Virus record (IMG/VR): IMGVR_UViG_3300029787_000001
Location: 1-64,000 of that record
From: a virus
DNA: 64,000 bases
Direction: 5' to 3' (one strand)
Shown: positions 45,923 through 55,055 of the stretch, piece by piece
Layout of the letters: every line of letters starts with the position of its first letter
Position numbering within the stretch: the stretch's first letter is position 1
Notes under the pieces: generated by a model
Databases searched by the model: none
What the model saw: only the letters and a program-made list of their open reading frames with translations
Told to the model about the DNA's origin: nothing
Program-made: the position numbers and the translations under genes

Positions 45923-47005
45923 ATGGCGTTCGACTTCGCAACCTTCCTGACCACCGTTCCCTGCATCCTCGATGCCAAGCTCCCCGTGCTGGTCCGTGGT
46001 CGCCACGGCGTCGGCAAGTCCGAGGTGGTGTACAGCATCGCCAAGGAGCGCGGGCTGCCTGTTGTGGAGCGCCGCGCAAGCCAGATGACCGAGGGCGACC
46101 TCCTTGGTCTGCCTGACACTGCCGACCTCTCCGATGGTCGCAAGGCTACGACGTGGAACGCCCCAGACTGGCTGGTGACGGCTTGCACTGAGCCTGTGGT
46201 CCTCTTTCTCGACGAGGTTGACCGCGCTACGATGGAGGTCCGTCAGGGTCTCTTCGAGCTTACTGACAGTCGCAAGATCAACGGGTGGCACCTGCACCCT
46301 GAGACCCTGATCGTCGCTGCCGTCAATGGTGGTGAGCACGGGTCGCAGTACCAAGTCGGTGAGATGGACCCGGCTGAGTTGGATCGCTGGACTGTGTTTG
46401 ACGTGGAGCCCTCCGTCGAGGATTGGCTCTCATGGTCCTCCGGCAAGGTCGATGGTGTCCTGTGGGACTTCATTAACGGCAACCGCCAGCACCTTGAGCA
46501 CACCGACGACTACGAGCCCAACAAGGTTTACCCGTCTCGTCGTTCTTGGGTTAGGTTTGCTCGCACTGTCGAGCCTCTCGCCCTGTTCGCTGAAGAAGCC
46601 GACCGAGACCTGCTTCTCAACCTTGCCACTGGCTTCGTTGGCTTTGAGGCTGCCGTGTCTCTTCGTGATTTCGTGCAGAAGTACGAATATCAGGTCAGCA
46701 TCGCAGACCTCCTCGATGATGGCTCTTTCGACAAGATCGAGAAGTGGGGCATCAACGACCACGCTGCTATGGTTGAGAAGATGGAGCACGCCTCCACTTT
46801 CAGCGAGACCCTGAGTGACTCGCAGGTTACCAACCTTGCAACGTGGTTTGTCTCCATGCCTTCCGAGATCTGCATGAAGCTCTGGTCAGCGATCGGCGAT
46901 TGTGAGGACGAGAACGGCACTAACGCCATTCGTCTCCACAAGGCTACCGCCGCAGACGGCACCCGTGTGAGTGAGCACATGGTCACAATCCTTCGCGGGT
47001 CGTGA
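45923..47005 (+). CDS. MoxR/dynein-related AAA+ ATPase
   Basis: GRHGVGKS Walker A, LFLDEVDRA Walker B, MDPAELDRW. Confidence 0.92.
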   Translation: MAFDFATFLTTVPCILDAKLPVLVRGRHGVGKSEVVYSIAKERGLPVVERRASQMTEGDLLGLPDTADLSDGRKATTWNAPDWLVTACTEPVVLFLDEVDRATMEVRQGLFELTDSRKINGWHLHPETLIVAAVNGGEHGSQYQVGEMDPAELDRWTVFDVEPSVEDWLSWSSGKVDGVLWDFINGNRQHLEHTDDYEPNKVYPSRRSWVRFARTVEPLALFAEEADRDLLLNLATGFVGFEAAVSLRDFVQKYEYQVSIADLLDDGSFDKIEKWGINDHAAMVEKMEHASTFSETLSDSQVTNLATWFVSMPSEICMKLWSAIGDCEDENGTNAIRLHKATAADGTRVSEHMVTILRGS

Positions 47006-47008
47006 TTC

Positions 47009-47209
47009 ATGGAGCCTGCCCTCCGGGTCGGTGATCTGGTCACCCCTGCCAGTGCTACAAGTCCTGCCTTCAAGCAGAAGCACGGGTTCGGGGTGATCAT
47101 CGAGATCGATCGCAAGGATTCCTGGGATGTTATCGTCTACGTTGTAAAGTTCACCAAGTCGCAGCGCATCTATAGGTTTAGTTTCGATGGTGTGAGGCGT
47201 TATGAATAG
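47009..47209 (+). CDS. Small KOW-like protein
   Basis: LRVGDLV. Confidence 0.65.
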   Translation: MEPALRVGDLVTPASATSPAFKQKHGFGVIIEIDRKDSWDVIVYVVKFTKSQRIYRFSFDGVRRYE

Positions 47210-47444
47210 GACCGACAACATTAAAGAAGGTGACCTTGTTGTCCGCAGAGGAGACAAAAAGCCCTACATTGTGTTGGAGGTCAAGAGATATCAAAGAAAA
47301 GTCTACGGAGCAGGACCATCGGGAAATCGCAGAAAGAAGTTCTTACTACTTTCTCCTGACGGGCGGCAAAGTTGGAAGATTGACACAGCGATGAAAGTTG
47401 AGTTTTATCTGCCCGGTAGCCCCTACTTCGATGACATCCGTTGA
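47202..47444 (+). CDS. Small KOW-like protein
   Basis: IKEGDLVV. Confidence 0.65.
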   Translation: MNRTDNIKEGDLVVRRGDKKPYIVLEVKRYQRKVYGAGPSGNRRKKFLLLSPDGRQSWKIDTAMKVEFYLPGSPYFDDIR

Positions 47445-47514
47445 CAAAGATCGTAGCCGTCCAGCCTTGACAAACAGGGCTGGGCGTGTTACATTATAGA
47501 AGTAAGGAGGCACC

Positions 47515-48747
47515 ATGCCTGACAACAAGAAGCCATTTGACCTAAACCTGCACACAGCGCGGCTTCTCATGAGGGAACCATTTTTTGCTGCACTCTCACG
47601 GCGCATCGACAAGATCCGCACTGACAGTGTGCCGACTGCCGGTGTGCGGGTCAACCCTGACACCGCTCAGTTTGAGCTTTTCTACAACCCAGACTTCATG
47701 AGTTCTTTGTCTGACGACCACAAGATGGGCGTGCTCATGCACGAGTTCTATCATCTTGTTTTCGAGCATGTGACGACTCGCAAGCCAGAAGGCGGCATTC
47801 GCCAGATCGATAACATTGCCATGGATCTCTCGATCAACGGCATCTCCGAGATGCGTGGAAAGTTGCCCTGTGAGGCTTCTCCCGGTCCCGTCGTCACTCC
47901 CGGCGGTGAGCCGATGAAGGCGTGTCTGCCCGGCGAGGGCAAGTTTGCTGACCTGCCCGCCAATCAGACCTATGAGTGGTACCTCGCTGCTCTTGAGAAG
48001 ATGCAGGAAGAGGCAGAGAAGAACGGCGAGGGCAATCCTTTCGGTGACGCTGACTCGTTCGATGACCACGACGGCTTCGGCGAGGGCGGTGGCAATCAGG
48101 CAGCCAACGAGATCGCGAAGGAGCGCATGAAGGATGCGATCCGCAAGGCAGCAGAAGAAGCCGACAAGGCGGGCTCCTGGGGCTCCGTGTCCTCCTCGAT
48201 GCGGAAGTCTATCAAGGAGCGTCTCGCCACGAAGGTAGATTGGAAGAAGATGCTTCGCTACTTTGTACGCACAAGTCAGCGCGCCGACAAGCGGTCTACT
48301 CCGCGTCGTCTCAACAAGCGGTTCCCAAAGATTCACCCCGGCAAGCGGGTGCGTCGTCAGGCAAAGATCGCCATCTCCATCGACCAGTCCGGTTCTGTGG
48401 ATGATGGGATGCTCGCTGCGTTCTACTCTGAGTTGGACAACCTCGCACAGTTTGCCGAGTTTACTGTCATCCCGTTTGACACGGAAGTTGCGACCGACAA
48501 GGTTTATGTGTGGAAGAAGGGCGAGCGCCGGAAGGCTGAGCGTGTCCTGCATGGCGGAACCTGCTTCGATGCCCCCACACGGTTCGTCAATGATGGCAAG
48601 TTCGACGGACACATCGTGCTCACCGACATGATGGCTCCCAAGCCAATCGCCAGCAAGTGTCAGAGGATGTGGATGACGACCAGCGAGTACGCCCACAACC
48701 CCTACTTTTCCACAAGAGAGGTCGTGGTGGCGATTGACCGCAAGTGA
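47515..48747 (+). CDS. HExxH metallopeptidase-like plus vWA domain protein (DUF2201-type)
   Basis: HEFYH, NIAMDLSIN, IDQSGSV, GGT.F, LTD. Confidence 0.9.
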   Translation: MPDNKKPFDLNLHTARLLMREPFFAALSRRIDKIRTDSVPTAGVRVNPDTAQFELFYNPDFMSSLSDDHKMGVLMHEFYHLVFEHVTTRKPEGGIRQIDNIAMDLSINGISEMRGKLPCEASPGPVVTPGGEPMKACLPGEGKFADLPANQTYEWYLAALEKMQEEAEKNGEGNPFGDADSFDDHDGFGEGGGNQAANEIAKERMKDAIRKAAEEADKAGSWGSVSSSMRKSIKERLATKVDWKKMLRYFVRTSQRADKRSTPRRLNKRFPKIHPGKRVRRQAKIAISIDQSGSVDDGMLAAFYSELDNLAQFAEFTVIPFDTEVATDKVYVWKKGERRKAERVLHGGTCFDAPTRFVNDGKFDGHIVLTDMMAPKPIASKCQRMWMTTSEYAHNPYFSTREVVVAIDRK

Positions 48748-48832
48748 GACATCTGAAGACAAAGATCGTAGCGATTGACACTTGACAGACTCACCCCAGC
48801 AGGTTACATTACAAGAGTAACAGGGAGAGATA

Positions 48833-49018
48833 ATGTTTCTCAACATCCACCACCGCCACCTCCGTCCCCCGCCAGAGCCGGTGGTGTTCTTCTGCCGCCA
48901 CTGCGGGCACGGCTCCAAGAGGGACGGCGAGCGCATTCGCAAGGGCTCGTGGGCTGCTCACTGGGGCGGCGAGGGTTGCCCTGATTGCGGTACCTCCACT
49001 CCCCCCAAGAAGTGGTAA
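48833..49018 (+). CDS. Small Zn-ribbon protein
   Basis: CRHC...CPDC; own promoter. Confidence 0.7.
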   Translation: MFLNIHHRHLRPPPEPVVFFCRHCGHGSKRDGERIRKGSWAAHWGGEGCPDCGTSTPPKKW

Positions 49019-49022
49019 GCAA

Positions 49023-49223
49023 GTGACTGACGATGAAAGGATTGTAAATGCGTTTGTCAATCACTGGGGACTCACTTTAGAGGAAGCCCGCAAGGAGTTG
49101 ACAAAGGCAAAGGCGGACGCCAAGAAGAAGGCATGCCGACGAGAGGCTGAAAAGCAGTCACTCTGGAACAACGACAAGGATTGGGACTACTACCCAACCT
49201 TCCCAGAAAAGAAGGAACAATGA
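49023..49223 (+). CDS. Small hypothetical protein
   Basis: Operon ORF. Confidence 0.6.
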   Translation: MTDDERIVNAFVNHWGLTLEEARKELTKAKADAKKKACRREAEKQSLWNNDKDWDYYPTFPEKKEQ

Positions 49224-49405
49224 AGCATCCTTTCAAAGTTGGTGATCTTTTGCGAAGCAGGATGAACCGAGAAAACCTCGCCATCGTTTTGCAAGTTTAC
49301 ACAATGGACGGGCGCCCTTATTTGGATGTGAAATATCTCCGTGGCGATGTAGTCCCTTGTGTGCCTCTCCAGCGTTTTACCCTTATTTCGAGAGCAGAAC
49401 AATGA
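49220..49405 (+). CDS. Small MKVGD-family protein
   Basis: MKHPFKVGDLL. Confidence 0.65.
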   Translation: MKHPFKVGDLLRSRMNRENLAIVLQVYTMDGRPYLDVKYLRGDVVPCVPLQRFTLISRAEQ

Positions 49406-49593
49406 AGCCCATTCTCAAGACAATCGCCAAGGACATCATCGTCCTGTCCGCCCAGGCTCTCGCCTTTCGACTGGCAGCGCCCCAGGATCAGCAGCAGGAC
49501 ATCGTTTTCGCTGCTGTCCCAACGAAGGGCTCCACCGCGCTCAAGGCACTTCCCGCCGATGATGAGCCACAGGCACGCAAGGTCGGCTTCTGA
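49402..49593 (+). CDS. Small hypothetical protein
   Basis: Coupled ATGA. Confidence 0.6.
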   Translation: MKPILKTIAKDIIVLSAQALAFRLAAPQDQQQDIVFAAVPTKGSTALKALPADDEPQARKVGF

Positions 49594-50150
49594 GACATTC
49601 CAAGACAAAGATCGTAGCAGAAACACCTTGACAGATTGGCTCTAACAGATTACATTACAAGAGTAACAGAGACGGAGAAAGAACATGGAAGACCTGACCC
49701 CCCTGGACATCGCGCTTGAGACCACTGACCGAGTGATCGCAGCCATCACGACGCAGGCGACAGCAGCCCTGATTCCAGAGAACTCCGAGACGTTCCTGAT
49801 CGCCTACTGTGCCATGCTCGCTCCGGCAGAAGCATGAGCCAGGATCTCCGATTCCAGTGCGACGTGATTATGCTCTGCGCTGCTGGGATCTTGATCTGTG
49901 TCCTGCTCGCCTCAATCTTCCAAGAGTTCGGATGGACACTGTAGGCTGCCCCAGCCCGGACTATTTACTTTCGAGGTCCACCATGGCAAAGCGCAAGAAC
50001 AAGACCCCCAAGGGTCGCAACGTGATCGCCGTCGCTGCGATCACCCGTTCAGGCTGCAAGAAGCTCTGAGACGCTCAAAAAAAAGATAACAGAAAGACCT
50101 TGACAGATAAGACATAGCAGGTTACTTTGTAGAAGTAACAAGGAGAGCGA

Positions 50151-50357
50151 ATGTTCACTATCGGCAATCACATCCAGTTCACCTCCACCGGCTGTCGCGG
50201 TCTGGTGGTCAAGATCACCAAGCACGAGGGCGGCTGCGATGGTCGCGGCACTGAGTTCGTTCACGTCCTCTGCGGACCTGACGCTGACGGCGAGCACGGA
50301 GGTGAGACCATCGGCTTCCCGCGCCTGCATCTCGAAATGGTCGCAGAGGTCCTGTAG
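50151..50357 (+). CDS. Small KOW-like early protein
   Basis: Own promoter; FTIGNHI...G.RG.V. Confidence 0.7.
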   Translation: MFTIGNHIQFTSTGCRGLVVKITKHEGGCDGRGTEFVHVLCGPDADGEHGGETIGFPRLHLEMVAEVL

Positions 50358-50552
50358 ACCAGAGATTTCAGAAACAATCAAAAAAGCCCTTGACAGAAAC
50401 CCCCTGCCGCATTACATTACAAGAGTAACAAGGAGAGTGAGAGATGACCACCAGACAGAAGATGGCTGCTGCCGTAGTTGTTGACTATGCCTGCTGGTTC
50501 TCGCTTGGCTTTGTTGTTGGCTACTTCGTACTCTGAACACAAAGAGGATAAT

Positions 50553-50825
50553 ATGACTCGCAATGATTCCGTCGTCTCCGCTTTCGCCTCCGGTCGCCCT
50601 GCTCGTGCAGGAGCACTCCGCACCGATGGTCGCTCCCTCTACTCCTACGATCTGAAGATCGCCGAGAAGACCCTCGCCGGTGTGGTCGTCAGTGACTACA
50701 CCTCTGGTGGTGGACTGTTCGTCTCGCAGACCACGAGCCGCCACGTCGGGCTCGCAAGGCGCGTCGCAGACACAGTGATGCTCCCAGAGCAGTTCAAGGC
50801 ACTCTTCGTCAAGATGCCCTTCTGA
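50553..50825 (+). CDS. Small early protein
   Basis: GAGG RBS; LYSYDLKIA, TTSRHV. Confidence 0.7.
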   Translation: MTRNDSVVSAFASGRPARAGALRTDGRSLYSYDLKIAEKTLAGVVVSDYTSGGGLFVSQTTSRHVGLARRVADTVMLPEQFKALFVKMPF

Positions 50826-51007
50826 TGGGCGTTCTCGTCTCACTCTGCGAACACCGCGCCAAGCTCCGGCAGGAGGAGCAGGCGAAAACGCAGGAAGAAC
50901 TTGATCAGTTGAAGATTCTGGTGCGTGCCTGGGCGAATGCCATGGGAGATCCAGAGGTCAAGCCCTACTTCCTTCCCCTTGACGATCACCTGACAGAAAG
51001 TCCTTGA
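50825..51007 (+). CDS. Small early protein
   Basis: TGATG coupling; stop lies in next -35. Confidence 0.6.
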   Translation: MGVLVSLCEHRAKLRQEEQAKTQEELDQLKILVRAWANAMGDPEVKPYFLPLDDHLTESP

Positions 51008-51051
51008 CAGATTAGGCTCCTCAGGTTACATTACATGCATAAGAAGGAGAG

Positions 51052-51276
51052 ATGATGCTTCGCACTTCGCTGCCGCCCGGCACACTTGTCGAGATTCCTA
51101 CCGCGCATGGTCGTGGGTGGTTCCGCGCCCTCGTTCTCTCTGACTGGTTTCCGCGCGGTGGGGCTCACTGGTTCACGATCAGCGCCCTTGAAGCCGTCCC
51201 CGCCGCCTTTATTGAAAAGGGCGCGGTGCTCGACATCATGGACGACCCGCTCGATTTTCGTGTAGTTTCTGCTTGA
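51052..51276 (+). CDS. Small early protein
   Basis: Own promoter and RBS. Confidence 0.7.
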   Translation: MMLRTSLPPGTLVEIPTAHGRGWFRALVLSDWFPRGGAHWFTISALEAVPAAFIEKGAVLDIMDDPLDFRVVSA

Positions 51277-51323
51277 CAGAACACGATCACCGGACTACAC
51301 TACACGCACAAGAGGGAGAGAGA

Positions 51324-51557
51324 ATGAAGAAGAAGAAGCTGACCCCAAGCCTCCACGGCGACATTGGAATCGACACCCGCTCCAACCGCCAGCCCCGCAA
51401 CGTGATCGGCTACGCAGCCGAGCCCGCTGGAATCAGCGGCGGTCGCGTGTGGCGCCTGCACAAGGGGCAGCGCAAGTCCTGGCTGTGTGACACGGTGTTG
51501 CTCTCGACTGCCGAGAACATGGCAGCAGACGGCAATCTCGCCATCACGGAGAAGTAG
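51324..51557 (+). CDS. Small early protein
   Basis: Own promoter and RBS. Confidence 0.65.
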   Translation: MKKKKLTPSLHGDIGIDTRSNRQPRNVIGYAAEPAGISGGRVWRLHKGQRKSWLCDTVLLSTAENMAADGNLAITEK

Positions 51558-51633
51558 AAATAAAAGATCGCAGCAGAAAGTGCTTGACAACTCGCCCTGA
51601 GCGAGTTACATTACATGCAAGAAAGGAGAGCAC

Positions 51634-51864
51634 ATGAACGACCCCCGTGCGCAGTTCCGCGCACTTCGCCCGCCCACTGTTGGTTCGATGGTTATGCTGC
51701 CGGACCCGGACGAGACTGGCGAGACCCTCCACACTGTCATCCGTCGCGTTCGCGGCTCTGTGTACCGACTGGAGCACGATGACACCGGTGAGGAGGTCAC
51801 CGCCGACCTCGCCCAGAAGGGCACTGTCTGGACGGTCGGCTCGACCACCTACCGAATCGACTGA
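51634..51864 (+). CDS. Small SH3-like early protein
   Basis: Own promoter and RBS. Confidence 0.7.
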   Translation: MNDPRAQFRALRPPTVGSMVMLPDPDETGETLHTVIRRVRGSVYRLEHDDTGEEVTADLAQKGTVWTVGSTTYRID

Positions 51865-51942
51865 ACATTCTTTCCCGTTTCCCCTTGACAAGTGGAGCGG
51901 GACAGGTTACATTACAAGAGTAACAAGAAAGGAGAGATAACA

Positions 51943-52092
51943 ATGTTCCCCTACTTCCACCACTTCGCCGCTGTCATCTTCAACGATGTCCTCCTGAACC
52001 GCAACGATGCGGGTCTGCGGCAGAATCTCCGGTACCTCGCGCAGGACCTCGGCATCATCCCCGTCGATGACTGGGCGAGCAGCACCGACTGA
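51943..52092 (+). CDS. Small early protein
   Basis: Own promoter and RBS. Confidence 0.6.
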   Translation: MFPYFHHFAAVIFNDVLLNRNDAGLRQNLRYLAQDLGIIPVDDWASSTD

Positions 52093-52173
52093 GCGAACTT
52101 TCCTTCCACTTTCCCCTTGACAGAAGAACCCAGACAGGTTACATTACAAGAGTAACAAGAAGGGAGAGAAAAG

Positions 52174-52392
52174 ATGAACCAGATCGAAGCCCTCGACGTG
52201 CTCACGATGCACGATCTCTTCGGAGACGGCAGGCGCGACACCCTCACCGCCGCCATCGCGGTGATCGAGCCCATCGCCACCCGCCGCGCCCACAACGGGA
52301 CCGGCGACAGCATCGACTTCATGCTGGAGATGGTGCAGGGCGCCCGCGAGGATCTGTCTCGCATGGCTCCGTGCCCGTCCGGTCGCTGGTAG
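52174..52392 (+). CDS. Small early protein
   Basis: Own promoter and RBS. Confidence 0.7.
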   Translation: MNQIEALDVLTMHDLFGDGRRDTLTAAIAVIEPIATRRAHNGTGDSIDFMLEMVQGAREDLSRMAPCPSGRW

Positions 52393-52490
52393 CGCACACT
52401 GCTGAGAGGGCAGCGGGTTCGACTCCCGCACGGGTTAGCATCTGGCCGGCTGGTTGCTTCATGGGTTCGAGTCCCATGACCGGTAGCTCT
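52372..52490 (+). ncRNA. Tandem tRNA-like T-arm elements
   Basis: GCGGG-TTCGACT-CCCGC (52413-52429) and ATGGG-TTCGAGT-CCCAT (52461-52477); no full cloverleaf or CCA. Confidence 0.5.
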
Positions 52491-52627
52491 GCACGGACCC
52501 GTAGGGCGGCGACTCCCTCTCACTTTCCTTCCACTTTCCCCTTGACAGACTGACCCTAACGGGTTACATTACAAGAGTGAGAGGGAGACAGACTCCCCTC
52601 CAATCCCCAAGCAAGTGAGTTGACACC

Positions 52628-53038
52628 ATGGCTAACCTCTTCGTCCTGAACCTCGTCGGAACCACCGCCCCCCTCGCCGCAGACAAGAACGCCAACCGCC
52701 TGATCGCTCTCGCGGTCGATATGCTCGCAGGCGACAGTGCCCCGGAGCCGGTCGAGGTCCCCGACACCGACGCCCTCCGCGCTGCCCTGTTCACCCGCGT
52801 CGCCACTGGTGAGGTCTCCCCGGCAGACTGCGCCGCCGAACTGAAGGCAATCGATCAGCAGGTCGCTGACGCTGCGAAGGCTGCGAAGGCTGACCCGCCC
52901 GTGCTCTCGCTCGCTGGCACGCCGGCGTCCGCTGCGATGATTAAGAGGGCGTTTCGCGGAGCGGAGTCCGGCACGAGCGTGGAGGTCGCAAGCCTCGACG
53001 GCGAGCGCGTCGGTTCGATCACAATGTTTCGTTGTTAG
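52628..53038 (+). CDS. Ala-rich early protein
   Basis: Own promoter, 136 aa. Confidence 0.7.
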   Translation: MANLFVLNLVGTTAPLAADKNANRLIALAVDMLAGDSAPEPVEVPDTDALRAALFTRVATGEVSPADCAAELKAIDQQVADAAKAAKADPPVLSLAGTPASAAMIKRAFRGAESGTSVEVASLDGERVGSITMFRC

Positions 53039-53118
53039 GAATGTTCCGGGTCTGAGACTCCAAAAAAAGATAACAGAAAGCCCTTGACAGGTGAGCCCAT
53101 CCGGGTTACATTATAAGG

Positions 53119-53289
53119 GTAACAAGCGACAAGAGGTCCGCGACATGAAAGGTCCGAACTGAACATTCATGCATAGGCTGGGAGGCGTCCCACCTGTGAG
53201 CAGTAGCAAGAGCGACGCACAGAGGTGAACCTGACCCGAACGGGAGGGAACCTGCCTCTTCAAACACGACAGCAATAGTCCAACCCAGC
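53119..53289 (+). ncRNA. Candidate structured RNA from promoter 53084
   Basis: No RBS/ORF; nested stems GGCTGGG/CCCAGCC, GCGTC/GACGC, AGAGG/CCTCT, CATGAA/TTCATG. Confidence 0.55.
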
Positions 53290-53315
53290 CCGCTGGCACA
53301 CCGGTTAAAGTGTGC
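53290..53315 (+). repeat. Hairpin repeat copy 3
   Basis: CCGCTGGCACACCGGTTAAAGTGTGC. Confidence 0.95.
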
Positions 53316-53325
53316 TCCCCTTTCT

Positions 53326-53511
53326 ACGAGAGCCGATCACCTCGCGCCAACGAGAAGCATCGGAGACATTGCACAGGTTTGGCGACCTGTGACGTGTGGG
53401 GCATAAGGTGCCCCGATGGCTTGACCGAACCTCGCAACCCACGCCACCAACGAAGGCGCAGGAGCGACAAGTAGCCGGTCATCTCTGCGGGTTCAACTCC
53501 CGCCTCTCGTT
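53326..53511 (+). ncRNA. About 185-nt RNA closed by tRNA-like acceptor stem and T-arm
   Basis: ACGAGAG/CTCTCGT 7-bp stem stacked on GCGGG-TTCAACT-CCCGC; at least five internal stems. Confidence 0.65.
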
Positions 53512-53604
53512 TCCTTTACAGTCCGAGACAGCAAAAAAAGATAACCCTAACCCCTTGACAGACTAACGGCAGCGCGTTACATTACATGTAAGAAGGGAGA
53601 GACA

Positions 53605-53766
53605 ATGTTCGCACTGATTACCTGGGAAAGCATCACTGGTCCCTGGACCGTCCGCGAGGGTCTGCCCTTCGCCTTCGCAATGTCGATGGCAAGGAATGGC
53701 GGCTTCGCCCGTGCGCAGGTCATCGACGAGCACGATCAGATCATGGCAGAGTTCAAGGCTGCCTGA
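53605..53766 (+). CDS. Small early protein
   Basis: Own promoter and RBS, 53 aa. Confidence 0.6.
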   Translation: MFALITWESITGPWTVREGLPFAFAMSMARNGGFARAQVIDEHDQIMAEFKAA

Positions 53767-54056
53767 GCCTTCCTTCCGAGAACTCATAAAAAGATAAACA
53801 CTATCCCCTTGACAAGAAGAAGAGGATAGGTTACATTACCAGTAAGAAGAGAGATAGACAATGGAAGACATGATTCACATGCTCATTTTGATTGTCCTTG
53901 TCCTTCTGACTATGTTGGTGGTAGAGGTAGCTAAGAGCACTGACACCATTTGACCCCTGCATGACCCTTGTGATCCACTAAGTGTCACAGGTTAATGAAA
54001 GTTATTTGACATTCTTTACTATTGGTGTTATGCGGTGTCATAGAGCCGCGCTGGCA

Positions 54057-54094
54057 TGTGAGGGGGTTGGGCGTTGTGATCTGGCCCCCTCACA
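54057..54094. terminator. GC-rich hairpin (terminator-like or structural)
   Basis: TGTGAGGGGG / CCCCCTCACA 10-bp stem; no clear U-tract. Confidence 0.45.
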
Positions 54095-54191
54095 CGCAAA
54101 CTGTCAAGGACAATAATCGTCCGCATTACCGTGCAGCACGGCATTGACAGCAAGTCCGCCACGTGTTACATTACACACCAGAGGAGCCCCC

Positions 54192-54356
54192 ATGTGGATT
54201 ATGACCTACGACTGTGCAGACCGCGACCGGCAGACGATGCGCTTCGCATCGCTCCAGGCAGCAACCGACGCTGCCCTGCGTGCCCAGTGCGGTGGATGGA
54301 CCGTCTACAGCATCCATCAGGCAGAAATGCCCAAAAACAAGAATGCCCACCAGTAG
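54192..54356 (+). CDS. Small early protein
   Basis: Own promoter, GAGGAG RBS. Confidence 0.65.
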   Translation: MWIMTYDCADRDRQTMRFASLQAATDAALRAQCGGWTVYSIHQAEMPKNKNAHQ

Positions 54357-54457
54357 CGCATTCATATAGGCACTTTGCTTATACGAGAGATAAAAATAAA
54401 ACAGCTTGACAAGCACCCGCTTTCAGGTTACATTACTTGTGTAATGAGGGAGAACTA

Positions 54458-54670
54458 ATGAGCTACAACCGCGTCCTCGAAACCCGTGAGCACCCCGTGT
54501 GGGACTGCGTCCAGAAGGACTACCCCGAGGCTAAGCTCATCGCAGTGCGGACGGACGCCATCAACTTCGCAGTCGGTCGCCGCATCTGGCTGGCACACTT
54601 CGACTACAATCAGACGGATGTCGAGTGGTACGAGGACGTGACCCGGTTCGTGCCAGACGCTCTCCGATAG
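54458..54670 (+). CDS. Small early protein
   Basis: Own promoter and RBS. Confidence 0.7.
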   Translation: MSYNRVLETREHPVWDCVQKDYPEAKLIAVRTDAINFAVGRRIWLAHFDYNQTDVEWYEDVTRFVPDALR

Positions 54671-54739
54671 TTAGCACTTTCCCCTTGACAGCAACAGCAT
54701 AACAGGTTACATTAGTTGGGTAGCCAGCAAGGAGCCCAC

Positions 54740-54997
54740 ATGACCATTCGCCACCACCTCGGCATGCCCCTCGTCGCCCGCAACGTCAAGCGCCTGGGAG
54801 AGTTCGCCATGTGGGACGAGCACACCTGCGAGCTTCGCACCACCACCGGCACCTTCGTGCTCTGGTTCCCGATCGGCAAGGACACGACGGACGATGAGAT
54901 GATCGCCATGTGCCGTGACGCCCTGAGCGGTCACGTCTACGAGGGCAACCGGATCGTCACGAGGACTGCGCCCCCCATGATCAAGCGCGCACGATAG
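54740..54997 (+). CDS. Small early protein
   Basis: Own promoter and RBS. Confidence 0.7.
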   Translation: MTIRHHLGMPLVARNVKRLGEFAMWDEHTCELRTTTGTFVLWFPIGKDTTDDEMIAMCRDALSGHVYEGNRIVTRTAPPMIKRAR

Positions 54998-55055
54998 CCC
55001 TTGACAGCAAGGGCAGAACAGGTTACATTAGTTGGGTAATCAGAAAGGAGCCGAT

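Noticed and set aside
47596-48942. 448-aa minus-strand ORF
   Set aside because: Antisense shadow of the GC-rich vWA gene; no RBS, promoter or motifs. The same applies to the other minus-strand track ORFs (e.g. 18674-19411, 42132-42872, 5565-6098).
53326-53511. Canonical tmRNA
   Set aside because: T-arm is tmRNA-like, but the RNA is too short, has no G3:U70 or CCA and no resume/tag ORF is visible
54006-54034. TTGACA at 54006 as another cassette promoter
   Set aside because: Poor -10 (TATGCG), no cassette tail and no ORF
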